From contig JBGQBI010000001.1 in assembly GCA_041494705.1 (NCBI GenBank), positions 30,001 through 62,000 of the forward strand: a DNA stretch of 32,000 nt. The letters are read 5' to 3'. The translations under genes were made by a program, and so were the position numbers. Positions 9,297 through 21,721 of this stretch are shown piece after piece (within the stretch, counting starts at the first letter, position 1; every line of letters starts with the position of its first letter). The DNA comes from Candidatus Methanoperedens sp. (GTDB lineage Archaea; Halobacteriota; Methanosarcinia; Methanosarcinales; Methanoperedenaceae). The notes under the pieces are model-generated. The model worked only from the letters and a program-made list of their open reading frames with translations, was not told where the DNA came from and did no database searches.

Positions 9297-9427
9297 TATT
9301 CGATTTTCAGCGGCGTCTTTTTCTCGACCTCTGTCTTTGGCATTTTTATTTCAAGTACGATTGTACTTAAAATTAATGCTAACACAAAAGTTATTTGCTG
9401 AACCAGAATTATCTATAATCTAAAAAG

Positions 9428-10063
9428 GTGAATATTGTGGGAGATGAAAAAATCAAACTCTTCGGCATTTGCGGCAGCCCCAGAAAAGGAGCCACCGATT
9501 ATATCGTGCAGGAAGCGTTACGTTATGCAAAAGAGAAGTACGATGTAGAGACCGAATACTTCTCCGCAATGGGGAAAAAACTAAACTTCTGCATTCACTG
9601 CGATTACTGCATACGCGAGAAGAAAGGATGCATCCACAAAGACGACATGCAGGAAGTCTATGAAAAGCTGAAATGGGCTGATGCGCTCATAATCGGCACG
9701 CCTGTGTACCAGGGAATGGTGAGCGGCCAGACAAAGGTAATAATGGACAGGTGCAGGGCGGTTGCAGCGCATGACCCGCATTTTATCCTGAACAAGCCCG
9801 GCGCGGCTCTTGCCGTGGGCGGTGACCGCATCGGCGGGCAGGAACCATCGCTCCAGGCAATACTTGATTTTTATGTCATAAACGAAGCGCTTCCCGTAGG
9901 CGGAGGGTCGTTCGGGGCAAACTTGGGCGGGACTTTCTGGTCAAAAGACATGGGCGCAGATGGGGCAAAAGAAGACGAGGAAGGATTGAAAAGCATGCGC
10001 AAGACCATTAACAGGTTAATTAAATTGGCTTTAATGATAAAGAAAACAAAAGAAACCCTGTAA
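9428..10063 (+). CDS. iron-sulfur flavoprotein (Isf) / NADPH-dependent FMN reductase family
   Basis: Compact Cys motif FCIHCDYCIREKKGCIH (CX2CX2CX6C) as in Methanosarcina Isf, and flavodoxin-like GICGSPRKG. The start may be GTG 9437, which has GGTGA 5 nt upstream. Confidence 0.75.
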   Translation: MNIVGDEKIKLFGICGSPRKGATDYIVQEALRYAKEKYDVETEYFSAMGKKLNFCIHCDYCIREKKGCIHKDDMQEVYEKLKWADALIIGTPVYQGMVSGQTKVIMDRCRAVAAHDPHFILNKPGAALAVGGDRIGGQEPSLQAILDFYVINEALPVGGGSFGANLGGTFWSKDMGADGAKEDEEGLKSMRKTINRLIKLALMIKKTKETL

Positions 10064-10148
10064 TTTCGTAATTACAAACTGCCGCATAAAACCAAAATTA
10101 GCAAATTTTTAGAAATCTTCAAATAAACCAACTGCAATATCTTAATCC

Positions 10149-11228
10149 ATGAGCTTAAATAGTGTATTTGAACCTCTGGGGATTAATAAAATTACCCTGC
10201 CTAACCGTATTGTTTTTCCGGCCTGCCAGACAAATTATGCAACATCCGACGGGTTTGTCACCGAAAGATTGCTTCGTATGTATGGAAAGCTCGCAAAGGG
10301 TGGAAACGGTCTGGTAATTGTCGGGGGCGTGGCGGTATCGGATAACGGAACCCCACACACAAATGCTTTGAAAATCAACCATGACAAATATGTAAGCGGG
10401 CTAAAAGAACTTTTTTCACTCATCAGGGAAAACGGCGCAGTACCTGCAGTCCAGTTGTTACACGCCGGAAGGCAGACCCTTTCGGTGATGACAGGGCACC
10501 CCCTTGTCGCCCCATCCGCCATACCATGCCCTCTTATGAAAGAGACCCCAATTGAACTTGACAGGAACGGGATAAAAAAGATACAGGATGATTTTGCGGA
10601 TGCTGCGGGCAGGGCGAAAAAAGCCGGGGCAGAACTGATTGAACTTCACGGCGCTTTTGGTTACCTGATAGGCGCATTTATGTCACCGTATTCGAATAAG
10701 CGCAAGGATGAATACGGCGCGGATAAAGCGCTGTTCTTTACCGAGATAATAGAAAAAGTAAAAAGAAAAGTCGGGGATACGCCGATATCATGCCGCATCA
10801 GCGCAGATGAATTCGTTGATGGCGGGCTTACCCTCGATGAAACCGGAAAAATCGCTCCCCGCCTTGTTAAAGCCGGGGCAGATGTCATCAGCGTCGGCGC
10901 TGGAACGTACGCAAGCATGAAACACATGGCGCCCACAATGGATATGGGCGAGGGCGTACATGTGCACCTCGCTCGAGCTATACGTGATTCTGTTGACGTG
11001 CCTGTGATATGCGCGGGCAATATACGAAGTCTTGAATATGCAAACAGTGTTGTTTCGGAACAGGAAGCAGACCTTGTTGCAATATGCAGACCGCAGCTGG
11101 CAGACCCGTTCTTTGTTAAAAAATCAATGAACAAAGAACCATTCGTGGAATGTATTGACTGCGGTACATGTTTATTCTTCCTGCACGGGGCGAGCGCTGT
11201 TTCATGTCCTCAAAACCCGGAACTTTAA
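10149..11228 (+). CDS. Old Yellow Enzyme-type NADH:flavin oxidoreductase
   Basis: OYE TIM-barrel motifs (QLLHAGRQ, ELHGAFGYLIGAFMSPYSNKRKDEYG). Extra C-terminal Cys cluster ECIDCGTCLFF...SCPQNP. Confidence 0.8.
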   Translation: MSLNSVFEPLGINKITLPNRIVFPACQTNYATSDGFVTERLLRMYGKLAKGGNGLVIVGGVAVSDNGTPHTNALKINHDKYVSGLKELFSLIRENGAVPAVQLLHAGRQTLSVMTGHPLVAPSAIPCPLMKETPIELDRNGIKKIQDDFADAAGRAKKAGAELIELHGAFGYLIGAFMSPYSNKRKDEYGADKALFFTEIIEKVKRKVGDTPISCRISADEFVDGGLTLDETGKIAPRLVKAGADVISVGAGTYASMKHMAPTMDMGEGVHVHLARAIRDSVDVPVICAGNIRSLEYANSVVSEQEADLVAICRPQLADPFFVKKSMNKEPFVECIDCGTCLFFLHGASAVSCPQNPEL

Positions 11229-11231
11229 AAA

Positions 11232-12977
11232 ATGGAAAATATTGAAAAACCAAAACTCAAAGCATTATCCGATATTGCGTCAATAGATATCTCTCTTGAA
11301 TTTAACGATATCTTACGAAGCATCCTTAAAATCATATGCGAAGCGATAGGCGCAAAATCCGGAACCGTAATGCTGGTTGATGAATTGGATAACAATATCA
11401 GGATGGTGGCGTCATACGGATTGCCGCGAGACTACATCGAACGTGTATATAAAGCGGCAGAAAAGGCGGGTGTGGAACTATCATCAAGTCCTTCCGGCAC
11501 GGTATTGGAGACAGGTAAATATTATCTTGTTCCAAACACCTTTGAAGAACCCAAAAATAAGCCATGGAATGATTTACCAAAGGAACTTGGATTTTCATCC
11601 CAGATATTCACTCCCATGAAAAAAGGAGTGAAGGTAATAGGTTTGCTGAATGTCTATTGGGCAGAGCCGCGCCGGTTTACGGATGAAGAGATTAATTTTG
11701 TAACCATCGCAGCATCGCAGGCATCATCCGTGGTTCAAAACGCCAGGTTGTGCGGCAGCTTGGAAAACAATGTTTTGGAACTTAAACAGTATAAAGAGCA
11801 CCTTGAAGATAAAATAAAGGAGACGCATAAGAAATTATATGATTCCGAAAGGTATCTCAGGACGATTATCGAGTCATCCCTTGACGGAATACTTGTAGTG
11901 GATGAAGAAGGCAGGTTTGAGTTCGGGAATGATTCGGCTTTCAATATACTGGGCTGGCCGGAGGAGGAATTAATCGGACAATTTTTCATGAAAGTTTTCC
12001 CCGTGGATATGGAAGAATTCATGCTTGACCGCTGGCATGATATTCAAAAAGGAAATGAAACGCCTTATGAAACCAGGATAATTACAAAAAGTAATGAGAT
12101 AAAATACCTGTATGTGTCCCATTCGCACGGCGTAATCAAAGGAAAAAGAAAATATATTGTGGTTATCAAGAATGTCACGGAGAATAAAAAATTAGAACAG
12201 CAGCTTAAGGAATACCATGAAAAATTAGAGAAATCCTGCGAAGAACTCAAAGAAGCCGACAGGATAAAAACAGAGTTCATTTCAAATTTGACACATGAAC
12301 TGATGACCCCCCTTACCTCCATTAAGGGATTTGTTGAACTGCTTAATGACGAAGCAATAGGCACGATAAATGAAGAACAGAAAAAGAGCCTTGGAATAAT
12401 TCATCGCAACTCGGAGAGGTTAATACATCTTATTAAAGAGTTACTGGATATTTCCCATCTTGAAAAAAATAAGCTGGGACTGCAATTCGGATTGGTTTCG
12501 ATAAACGATATCCTGTCAAAATGCATACTGGATATGCAGCCCCTGGCAAAAGAAAAACAAATCTCCTTATTCCAGGATGCACGGCCGCTTCCCGTGATAT
12601 GGGGAGATGAAGAAAGACTTACCCAGGTTATAATAAACTTACTTGCAAATGCAATAAAATTCACTCCCCAAAATGGAAAAATAACCGTGATATCGCATGA
12701 CTTCACAGAACAGGTTAAAATAAGCATAAGAGATACGGGCATAGGAATCCCCGGTGACCGGCTTTCACGCATTTTTGACAGGTTCTACCAGATAGACAGC
12801 TCAACGAAAAGAAAATATGGCGGTACCGGAATAGGGCTTTCTATATGTAAGAACGTAATTGAAAAGCACTATGGTTCCATATGGGCCGAGAGCGATGAAA
12901 ACGGAAGCACTTTTCATATTCTTTTACCCAAGTTGACACCAAGAAATGGAGTTAGCAATGTTAGACCCGAATCTTGA
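11232..12977 (+). CDS. cytoplasmic GAF-PAS sensor histidine kinase
   Basis: H-box FISNLTHELMTPLTSI, N-box LLANAIKFT, G1 DTGIGIP and G2 GGTGIGLSI. GAF-like N-terminus and a PAS-like segment (ESSLDGILVVDEEGRFEFGNDSAFNILGW). No TM helices. Confidence 0.85.
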   Translation: MENIEKPKLKALSDIASIDISLEFNDILRSILKIICEAIGAKSGTVMLVDELDNNIRMVASYGLPRDYIERVYKAAEKAGVELSSSPSGTVLETGKYYLVPNTFEEPKNKPWNDLPKELGFSSQIFTPMKKGVKVIGLLNVYWAEPRRFTDEEINFVTIAASQASSVVQNARLCGSLENNVLELKQYKEHLEDKIKETHKKLYDSERYLRTIIESSLDGILVVDEEGRFEFGNDSAFNILGWPEEELIGQFFMKVFPVDMEEFMLDRWHDIQKGNETPYETRIITKSNEIKYLYVSHSHGVIKGKRKYIVVIKNVTENKKLEQQLKEYHEKLEKSCEELKEADRIKTEFISNLTHELMTPLTSIKGFVELLNDEAIGTINEEQKKSLGIIHRNSERLIHLIKELLDISHLEKNKLGLQFGLVSINDILSKCILDMQPLAKEKQISLFQDARPLPVIWGDEERLTQVIINLLANAIKFTPQNGKITVISHDFTEQVKISIRDTGIGIPGDRLSRIFDRFYQIDSSTKRKYGGTGIGLSICKNVIEKHYGSIWAESDENGSTFHILLPKLTPRNGVSNVRPES

Positions 12978-13746
12978 AGCAGGAAGGATTTCCGCTTCAT
13001 TTTACAAAAGCTGGATAATGGCGAAACGGAATTTCTTCACCATTTTTGAAGTAATATTCTGGCCGTTTATCGGTCTTATGTCTATCGGCCTTATGGGTAC
13101 TTTTTTTTCGTTGAGCCCGAATACAATTTCTTTTATCCTTATTGGAGCGATAGCGTTTAGCATCATCCAGGTATGCCAGATAGATATCGCATACGTGATG
13201 CTGTTTGACATGTGGAGCAAAAGCATAAAACACACTTTCATGGCGCCTGTCAGGGGTCACCACCTCATCATCGGCTCTCTTCTTTTCGGTATCCTGCGAA
13301 GCAGTCTTGTTTTTATTATCCTGATGGTTCTCAGCTTCTACGCTTTTGGTTTTAATTTCCTGATAGCAGGTGTCATTCCCGTGCTGGTTTTCATGGCGGG
13401 ACTGTTCCTGACCTCAGCATCGGTCGGGATTCTGGTCTGCATCTCGATTCTCAGGTTCGGTCAGCGCGCAGAGGTTGCTGCATGGACAATAACAGGGATA
13501 ATGATGTTCCTTTGCGGCATTTACTATCCCGTTTCCGTGCTGCCGGAAAGCGCCAGGATTGTAGCGCGTGCTATTCCTCTTACGTATTTCCTTGAATATA
13601 TGCGCTCATTTTACGGTTTTGGCGAGGCAAATGTAATGGTCGGGTTCGGGCTTGGGATTTTCTATTTCGCCATCGGGTTAATTGCGCTGGAGAGGGCGAT
13701 TATCATGGCGAGGCGGTCGGGGATACTGCTGCGGCTGTCGGAATGA
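12946..13746 (+). CDS. ABC-2 type transporter permease
   Basis: About 6 hydrophobic helices with an ABC-2-like layout. Overlaps the kinase 3' end (start could be ATG 12958). No ATPase gene nearby. Confidence 0.65.
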   Translation: MELAMLDPNLEAGRISASFYKSWIMAKRNFFTIFEVIFWPFIGLMSIGLMGTFFSLSPNTISFILIGAIAFSIIQVCQIDIAYVMLFDMWSKSIKHTFMAPVRGHHLIIGSLLFGILRSSLVFIILMVLSFYAFGFNFLIAGVIPVLVFMAGLFLTSASVGILVCISILRFGQRAEVAAWTITGIMMFLCGIYYPVSVLPESARIVARAIPLTYFLEYMRSFYGFGEANVMVGFGLGIFYFAIGLIALERAIIMARRSGILLRLSE

Positions 13747-13824
13747 ACGGCTCACCGCAAAGGCGCAGAGAACGCAAAGATGAGCAGCAAAATTTTGCAA
13801 TCTTTGCGTGCGGTGTAACAGAAT

Positions 13825-14964
13825 TCAGGCCAGCCCGTACATATCCTTTAACCCGTGCCCGGTCGCAAGACAGACCACTGTCCCGGGCAGCTCCTTTTTC
13901 AAGAATCCTGCATATGCAACAGCGCCGCTGGGTTCTACAAAAATCCCGTTCCTTGCAAGCGTATCCCGTGCGGAAAGCGCCTCGCCATCACTGACCTTGA
14001 TGGCAAGACCGCCTGAATCCCTGATTGCCCGAAGCGCCGCAAGACCGTCTATAGGGTCGCCGCATGCGATTGCAGTTGCTATTGTATCCGGGTTTCGCAC
14101 AGGTATTATCTCAGAAAGCCCGTTCTCCCACGCATGCACCACAGGGGCGCAGTTCTCAACCTGTACCCCGATAATACGTGGTATTTTATCAGTAATCCCG
14201 ACAAGTGAAAGCTCCCGGAAAGCTTCATAAATGCTCCATATCAGGGTACCGTTGCCTACAGGCACCACCACGTAATCGGGGACATGCCAGTAAAGCTGGT
14301 CTGCTATCTCAAAACCCACGGTCTTTGTACCTTCGCTGCGCCATGGATAATCGCCTGTTAAAAACGAGTCGCTGTTGGAAAGAACATATTCTTCAGCCCG
14401 CTTCATCGCAACGGAATAATCACCTTCCACAAGTATTGTCTCGGCGCCGTAGGCTTTTATCTGCATTATCTTTTCCTTACCTGCAATATCAGGAATGAAC
14501 ACTTTGCACTCAAGCCCGGCAAAAGCCGCATAAGCAGCCATGGATGCGCCCATGTTGCCCGTGGATGCGAGCGCAACCTTGTGTTTTTTGAACTCAAGCG
14601 CTTTTGCTATTTCAAGTGAGGAACCCCGGTCTTTAAAGGAACCTGTAGGATTTGCGGCTTCATATTTTATGAGTAATCGTCCCGCTTTTGAAAGTCTTTT
14701 GTTTTCAAGAAGTGGCGTACCCCCTTCTCCCATTGTGATCCTTTTTGAGAGGTCTTTTACAGGCATGAAAGCCCAGTATTTCCAGTGTGTCGGCTGGCTT
14801 CTCATGAATTCATCGCGGAGGATGACTTTCTGTATCGATTTGTAATCATATTCAGCATCGACAGCCGAGCCGCATTCGCATCTCGGTATCGGAAGCTTTT
14901 CTATTTCATGCGGTTTATGCGTTCTCCCGCATCGGAAACACTTAAAACCTGTAACATATACCAT
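13825..14964 (-). CDS. thrC: threonine synthase
   Basis: PLP-lysine motif PTGSFKDRG and an N-terminal zinc ribbon (CFRCGRTH...CECGS), as in archaeal ThrC. 379 aa. Confidence 0.88.
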   Translation of the reverse strand: MVYVTGFKCFRCGRTHKPHEIEKLPIPRCECGSAVDAEYDYKSIQKVILRDEFMRSQPTHWKYWAFMPVKDLSKRITMGEGGTPLLENKRLSKAGRLLIKYEAANPTGSFKDRGSSLEIAKALEFKKHKVALASTGNMGASMAAYAAFAGLECKVFIPDIAGKEKIMQIKAYGAETILVEGDYSVAMKRAEEYVLSNSDSFLTGDYPWRSEGTKTVGFEIADQLYWHVPDYVVVPVGNGTLIWSIYEAFRELSLVGITDKIPRIIGVQVENCAPVVHAWENGLSEIIPVRNPDTIATAIACGDPIDGLAALRAIRDSGGLAIKVSDGEALSARDTLARNGIFVEPSGAVAYAGFLKKELPGTVVCLATGHGLKDMYGLA

Positions 14965-15254
14965 GATTATTAATTCACGCGCTTTTGTTAAATATTATTC
15001 GACAAAAACCGGAAACGCTTCGGATGGATAACGAGGACTTTTGTCATCAGGACGGGAAAATCAAAAAATTGTCAATAAATCCAGGCTTTTTTTATTGGTT
15101 TTTGGTCGTTTTCCGGCATATTTTTTGGTTTTATTATTAAATTTTTAATAAAAATTAAAATCGCTATGCATTGAGGCAATAAGCTATATATGCTTTGAGA
15201 ACAATTAGAGACCGAAGGAATTAAAGTACTGAAGGCATGAAATTAGGAATGAAT

Positions 15255-15295
15255 ATTGTTACAAAAAGAAATTTTTATAACAATATATTTTATAA
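15255..15295 (+). promoter_or_regulatory. candidate gyrB promoter: TATA-like AT boxes embedded in a 7-bp inverted repeat
   Basis: ATTGTTA (15255-15261) and TAACAAT (15278-15284) flank CAAAAAGAAATTTTTA. TTTTTATAA (15272-15280) and ATATATTTTATAA (15283-15295) lie 20-45 nt upstream of ATG 15317. Confidence 0.3.
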
Positions 15296-17875
<2,580 letters not shown>

Positions 17876-17902
17876 ATATGATATGTTTGGAGTTGATTCA
17901 CA

Positions 17903-18265
17903 ATGCACTTAAACATCGCACAAATTTCAAAAGACAAGAAAATTCAGGACGCATTCACCGATATCATCCAGAGCATAATCAGCAACTATGCCCCCCAGAA
18001 AATTGTGCTTTTTGGTTCTTACGCAAGAGGAGAAGCGCATGAAGGCAGCGATATAGACCTCATGTTGATAAAAGAAACCTCTAAAAGGTTCATAGATAGG
18101 ATTGCAGATGTAATAAAGCTGAATAATACGTTCCTTTCATTGGAACCATTGATTTATTCTCCCTTAGAGCTTGAAAAAATGAAAAAAGAAAAAAGGGATT
18201 TCATACTGACTATTGAAGAAGAAGGAATTGAAATATATGATGCGAGACGCAGAAAGATGGCTTAA
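17903..18265 (+). CDS. minimal nucleotidyltransferase (MNT) antitoxin-type protein
   Basis: Pol-beta NTase motif LFGSYARGEAHEGSDIDLMLI (GS-x9-DxD). 120 aa. Overlaps the downstream HEPN gene. Confidence 0.85.
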   Translation: MHLNIAQISKDKKIQDAFTDIIQSIISNYAPQKIVLFGSYARGEAHEGSDIDLMLIKETSKRFIDRIADVIKLNNTFLSLEPLIYSPLELEKMKKEKRDFILTIEEEGIEIYDARRRKMA

Positions 18266-18632
18266 TCAGGCAAAAAATGACCTTGAAGCAGCGAAATGGA
18301 ATTCAGAAGGGAAATTTTATGCTCATGCATGTTTTCTCTCCCAGCAGGCTGCCGAAAAAGCGCTGAAAGCTTATCTTTATTCAATCGGGAAAAGAAAGAT
18401 AATTACGCATTCTACATTTACTCTTGCCAGAGAATGCGCGCAAGAAAACAATGAGTTCAATTCGATTTTGTCCATTTGCGCAGAACTTGATAAACACTAT
18501 ATACCTTCCCGTTATCCCAATGGACTTCCAGATAGTACCCCTTCTGAAGTCTATCTTAAACAAGATGCAGAGGTTAGCATTAATAATAGTCAAAAAATTT
18601 TAGATTTTATTTCGAAATTAGTAAATATTTAA
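18237..18632 (+). CDS. HEPN domain protein (toxin-type partner of MNT)
   Basis: About 130 aa, helical. AERWLNQAKNDLEAAKW N-terminus, R-x4-H (RKIITH) and IPSRYP motif typical of the HEPN (PF05168-like) family. The track start 18213 is also possible. Confidence 0.8.
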   Translation: MMRDAERWLNQAKNDLEAAKWNSEGKFYAHACFLSQQAAEKALKAYLYSIGKRKIITHSTFTLARECAQENNEFNSILSICAELDKHYIPSRYPNGLPDSTPSEVYLKQDAEVSINNSQKILDFISKLVNI

Positions 18633-18659
18633 CTTATGTCAATTTGAGTTGATACTATC

Positions 18660-21179
18660 ATGACCGACCCAGAACCCAAAAACCCGCAGCAAAAGCTCGT
18701 AGTTGAAAAAATCACAGATGTTAACATCGAAGTTGAAATGAAACGCTCATACATCGACTACGCTATGAGTGTCATCGTTGGGCGCGCGCTTCCGGACGTC
18801 AGGGACGGCCTGAAACCCGTTCACCGCCGCATTTTGTATGCGATGAACGAGCAGGGTATGACCCACGACAAGCCATACAAGAAATCAGCAAGGATAGTGG
18901 GAGATGTTCTCGGTAAATACCATCCGCACGGCGATATCGCTGTTTACGATTCTCTCGTAAGGATGGTACAGGAGTTCTCGCTTCGTTATCCGCTTATCGA
19001 CGGGCAGGGGAACTTCGGCTCAATCGACGGCGATAGCGCCGCAGCGATGCGATACACTGAAGTCAGACTCGGAAAAATAGCAGATGAAATACTGGGCGAT
19101 ATCGACAAAGAGACCGTTGATTTCGTGCCAAACTACGATGATTCATTAAAAGAGCCTTCAGTTCTTCCATGTAAGCTTCCCAACCTCCTCATCAACGGTT
19201 CGACAGGCATCGCGGTCGGCATGGCGACCAACATGCCGCCGCACAATCTCGGGGAAGTTATTGACGGAATTATAATGGTCATAGATAATCCGGCTGTCGA
19301 ATGGACTGAACTCATGAACGCAGTCAAAGGACCTGATTTTCCCACAGCTGGATTCATATACGGACGGCAGGGCATCCGGGATGCGTACTCGACAGGCCGC
19401 GGCTCAGTAAAAATGCGAGCCAGGGCAATAATCGAGGAAGTAAAGAACAAGGAAACGATTATCGTTAATGAGCTTCCCTACCAGGTGAACAAGGCAAAAT
19501 TGATAGAAGATATTGCAGGGTTAGTTCGCGATAAGAAAATCGCGGGGATAACCGACCTTCGTGATGAATCTGATAAAGATGGCATCCGCATCGTAATGGA
19601 GGTATCAAGACAGGCGCAGGCGAATATTATTTTGAACCAGCTATATTCGCACACGCAGCTTGAGACCACTTTTGGCGTTATCAACCTTGCACTTGTCGAT
19701 GGGAGGCCAATTGTTCTTCCGTTAAAGGAAATAATCGTCCAGTATATTTCACACAGGAAGAATGTAATAATAAGAAGAAGCCAGTTCGAGCTCAAAAAGG
19801 CACAGCAGCGTGCCCATATCCTCGAAGGTTTGATAATTGCGCTTGATAATATCGATGAAGTAATCAAGCTCATAAGAGCTTCAAAGACACCAGATGAAGC
19901 TCGCGATGGTCTTGTAGTAAAGTTCAAACTCAGCATTGAACAGGCAAAAGCTATCCTCGACATGAGGCTTCAGCGGCTCACGGGTCTTGAGCGCGAGAAG
20001 ATAGACGCCGAGTACAGCGAGCTTTTGAAGACGATTGCATGGCTCAAAGAACTCCTGGCAAGTGAAATAAAAATACTTGCTGTCATAAAAACAGAACTTG
20101 CAGACCTCAAGGCCCGCTTTGCGGATAAACGGCGGACTGAGATCATTGAAAGTACAGGCGACCTGGTCACAGAGGATCTCATTCCGAAAGAGGACGATGT
20201 CATCACAATCACGAACAGCGGATATATCAAACGCATAGCTGTAGATGCTTACAAGCAGCAGCGCCGTGGCGGGAAGGGTGTCATGGGCATGGAGACCAAG
20301 GAAGAGGATTTCGTAAGCGACCTCTTTATTGGCAATACACATGATTATCTCCTTTTCTTCACTGACAAAGGCAAGGTTTACTGGCTGAAAGTATATGGGA
20401 TACCCGAGGCAGGAAGGCAGGCGCGGGGCACTGCCATTGTCAACCTGCTGCAGCTTGAGCAGGGCGAGAAGATAAACGCGTACATACCCATCAGCAAGTT
20501 TGATGAAAAGCACTATCTTCTGATGGTTACAAAGAAGGGCACAGCGAAGAAGACTGCGCTCACTGATTTCTCAAATCCCAGGAAGACAGGCATTATCGCC
20601 ATTTCTCTTGAAGAGGGGGATAAACTTGTATCCGTGAAGCTTACGGATGGGACAAAAGAAGCGGTTATCGGCACAAAGCATGGAAAGGCCATCAGATTCG
20701 AGGAGAACGACGTGCGCGACATGGGGCGCAGTGCTTATGGAGTGCGAGGCGTGAGGCTAGTAGGCGAGGATGAAGTGGTGAGCATGGCTGTTGTGGAAGA
20801 AAGTACAACACTTCTCACAGTGACCGAGAACGGCTTCGGGAAGCGCACAGAATTTGAGGAATACCGCACCAGCAACCGCGGCGGGCAGGGCGTGATTACC
20901 ATCGACGTGAACGTAAGGAACGGGAACGTGGTGGATATCAGGAGCGTGCGTGAGGACGATGAGATAATGGTCACGACCTCGAACGGCATTATCATCCGCG
21001 TGCCTGCGAGCGGGATTCGCGTGCAGGGAAGGAATACGCAGGGTGTTAAGATAATGAATGTCGGGGAGAAGGACAGGGTTGTTGGGGTGGCGACGCTTGC
21101 GAAAGAGGAGGAGACAGGGGAGGAGAAAGCGGTGCAGGAGAAGCTGGAAGAGGTGGAAGAGCCTGCTAAGGAGACCTAA
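18660..21179 (+). CDS. gyrA: DNA gyrase subunit A
   Basis: [42 protein letters not shown], the active-site AAMRYTE Tyr, a C-terminal beta-pinwheel repeat region and an acidic tail. Confidence 0.95.
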   Translation: MTDPEPKNPQQKLVVEKITDVNIEVEMKRSYIDYAMSVIVGRALPDVRDGLKPVHRRILYAMNEQGMTHDKPYKKSARIVGDVLGKYHPHGDIAVYDSLVRMVQEFSLRYPLIDGQGNFGSIDGDSAAAMRYTEVRLGKIADEILGDIDKETVDFVPNYDDSLKEPSVLPCKLPNLLINGSTGIAVGMATNMPPHNLGEVIDGIIMVIDNPAVEWTELMNAVKGPDFPTAGFIYGRQGIRDAYSTGRGSVKMRARAIIEEVKNKETIIVNELPYQVNKAKLIEDIAGLVRDKKIAGITDLRDESDKDGIRIVMEVSRQAQANIILNQLYSHTQLETTFGVINLALVDGRPIVLPLKEIIVQYISHRKNVIIRRSQFELKKAQQRAHILEGLIIALDNIDEVIKLIRASKTPDEARDGLVVKFKLSIEQAKAILDMRLQRLTGLEREKIDAEYSELLKTIAWLKELLASEIKILAVIKTELADLKARFADKRRTEIIESTGDLVTEDLIPKEDDVITITNSGYIKRIAVDAYKQQRRGGKGVMGMETKEEDFVSDLFIGNTHDYLLFFTDKGKVYWLKVYGIPEAGRQARGTAIVNLLQLEQGEKINAYIPISKFDEKHYLLMVTKKGTAKKTALTDFSNPRKTGIIAISLEEGDKLVSVKLTDGTKEAVIGTKHGKAIRFEENDVRDMGRSAYGVRGVRLVGEDEVVSMAVVEESTTLLTVTENGFGKRTEFEEYRTSNRGGQGVITIDVNVRNGNVVDIRSVREDDEIMVTTSNGIIIRVPASGIRVQGRNTQGVKIMNVGEKDRVVGVATLAKEEETGEEKAVQEKLEEVEEPAKET

Positions 21180-21373
21180 TTAATAAATTGATTTGATAAT
21201 TCTCCAAGGTGCTTCTTCTCTCTGGGTGGCGCGCTCCTCCGGCTCGATGACAGGGCGGCGCCGCAGAACAACCACAGATAAATTTGAGTTCGTATCAAGT
21301 TCGTACCAGTTCGCTGCCAATAACCGTAATCCTGGCTCAGAAAGAATTTATAATTGTGTAAAACAGATATTAC

Positions 21374-21721
21374 ATGAATTCATCCATGATATCAAAAGAA
21401 AAAATCACAGGCATTGCCAAAAAGATAGCCGAATGTTTCAATCCAGAGACGATAATCCTTTTTGGCTCTTATGCATGGGGAAAACCCGACAGGGACAGCG
21501 ACCTCGACCTTTTTGTGATAATGGAATCCGCAGAAAGACCGATAAAGCGCGCTGCATCCCTCAGGCGTGTATTAAAAGACCGCTATGTTCCTATGGATAT
21601 ACTCGTTCGCACGCCGGAAGAACTCAAGCATAGAATTGATATTGGAGACCCTTTCATAAAAAAGATATTAAGGGACGGGCAGGTGATATATGCGCGAGAT
21701 AGTGCGAGAGTGGGTCAATAA
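21374..21721 (+). CDS. minimal nucleotidyltransferase (MNT), second copy
   Basis: LFGSYAWGKPDRDSDLDLFVI motif. 115 aa. Overlaps the downstream HEPN ORF by 32 nt. Confidence 0.85.
   Translation: MNSSMISKEKITGIAKKIAECFNPETIILFGSYAWGKPDRDSDLDLFVIMESAERPIKRAASLRRVLKDRYVPMDILVRTPEELKHRIDIGDPFIKKILRDGQVIYARDSARVGQ

Noticed and set aside
9290-9345. 15-codon minus-strand mini-ORF (MPKTEVEKKTPLKIE) followed by a hairpin
   Set aside because: It is too short, with no SD. The hairpin is better explained as the terminator of the PAC2-family gene.
13743-14230. + strand ORFs 13743-13994 and 13808-14230
   Set aside because: They are antisense to threonine synthase and Arg/Ser/Pro-rich, as is typical of shadow frames.
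19133-20995. Series of minus-strand ORFs (105-210 aa) inside gyrA
   Set aside because: All are antisense shadows of a highly conserved CDS. Their composition is Ser/Leu/Arg-rich and no start context is visible.
21193-21633. 146-aa ORF overlapping the second MNT gene in another frame, and a relatively GC-rich stretch (about 21215-21290) whose minus strand reads ...NWYELDTNSNLSVVVLRRRPVIEPEERATQREEAPWRIIKSIY*
   Set aside because: The + ORF is Arg-rich and contradicted by the MNT motif frame. The minus-strand reading has no ATG (only a TTG giving 46 aa) and no recognisable motif. It may be a gene relic, but this cannot be supported from sequence alone.
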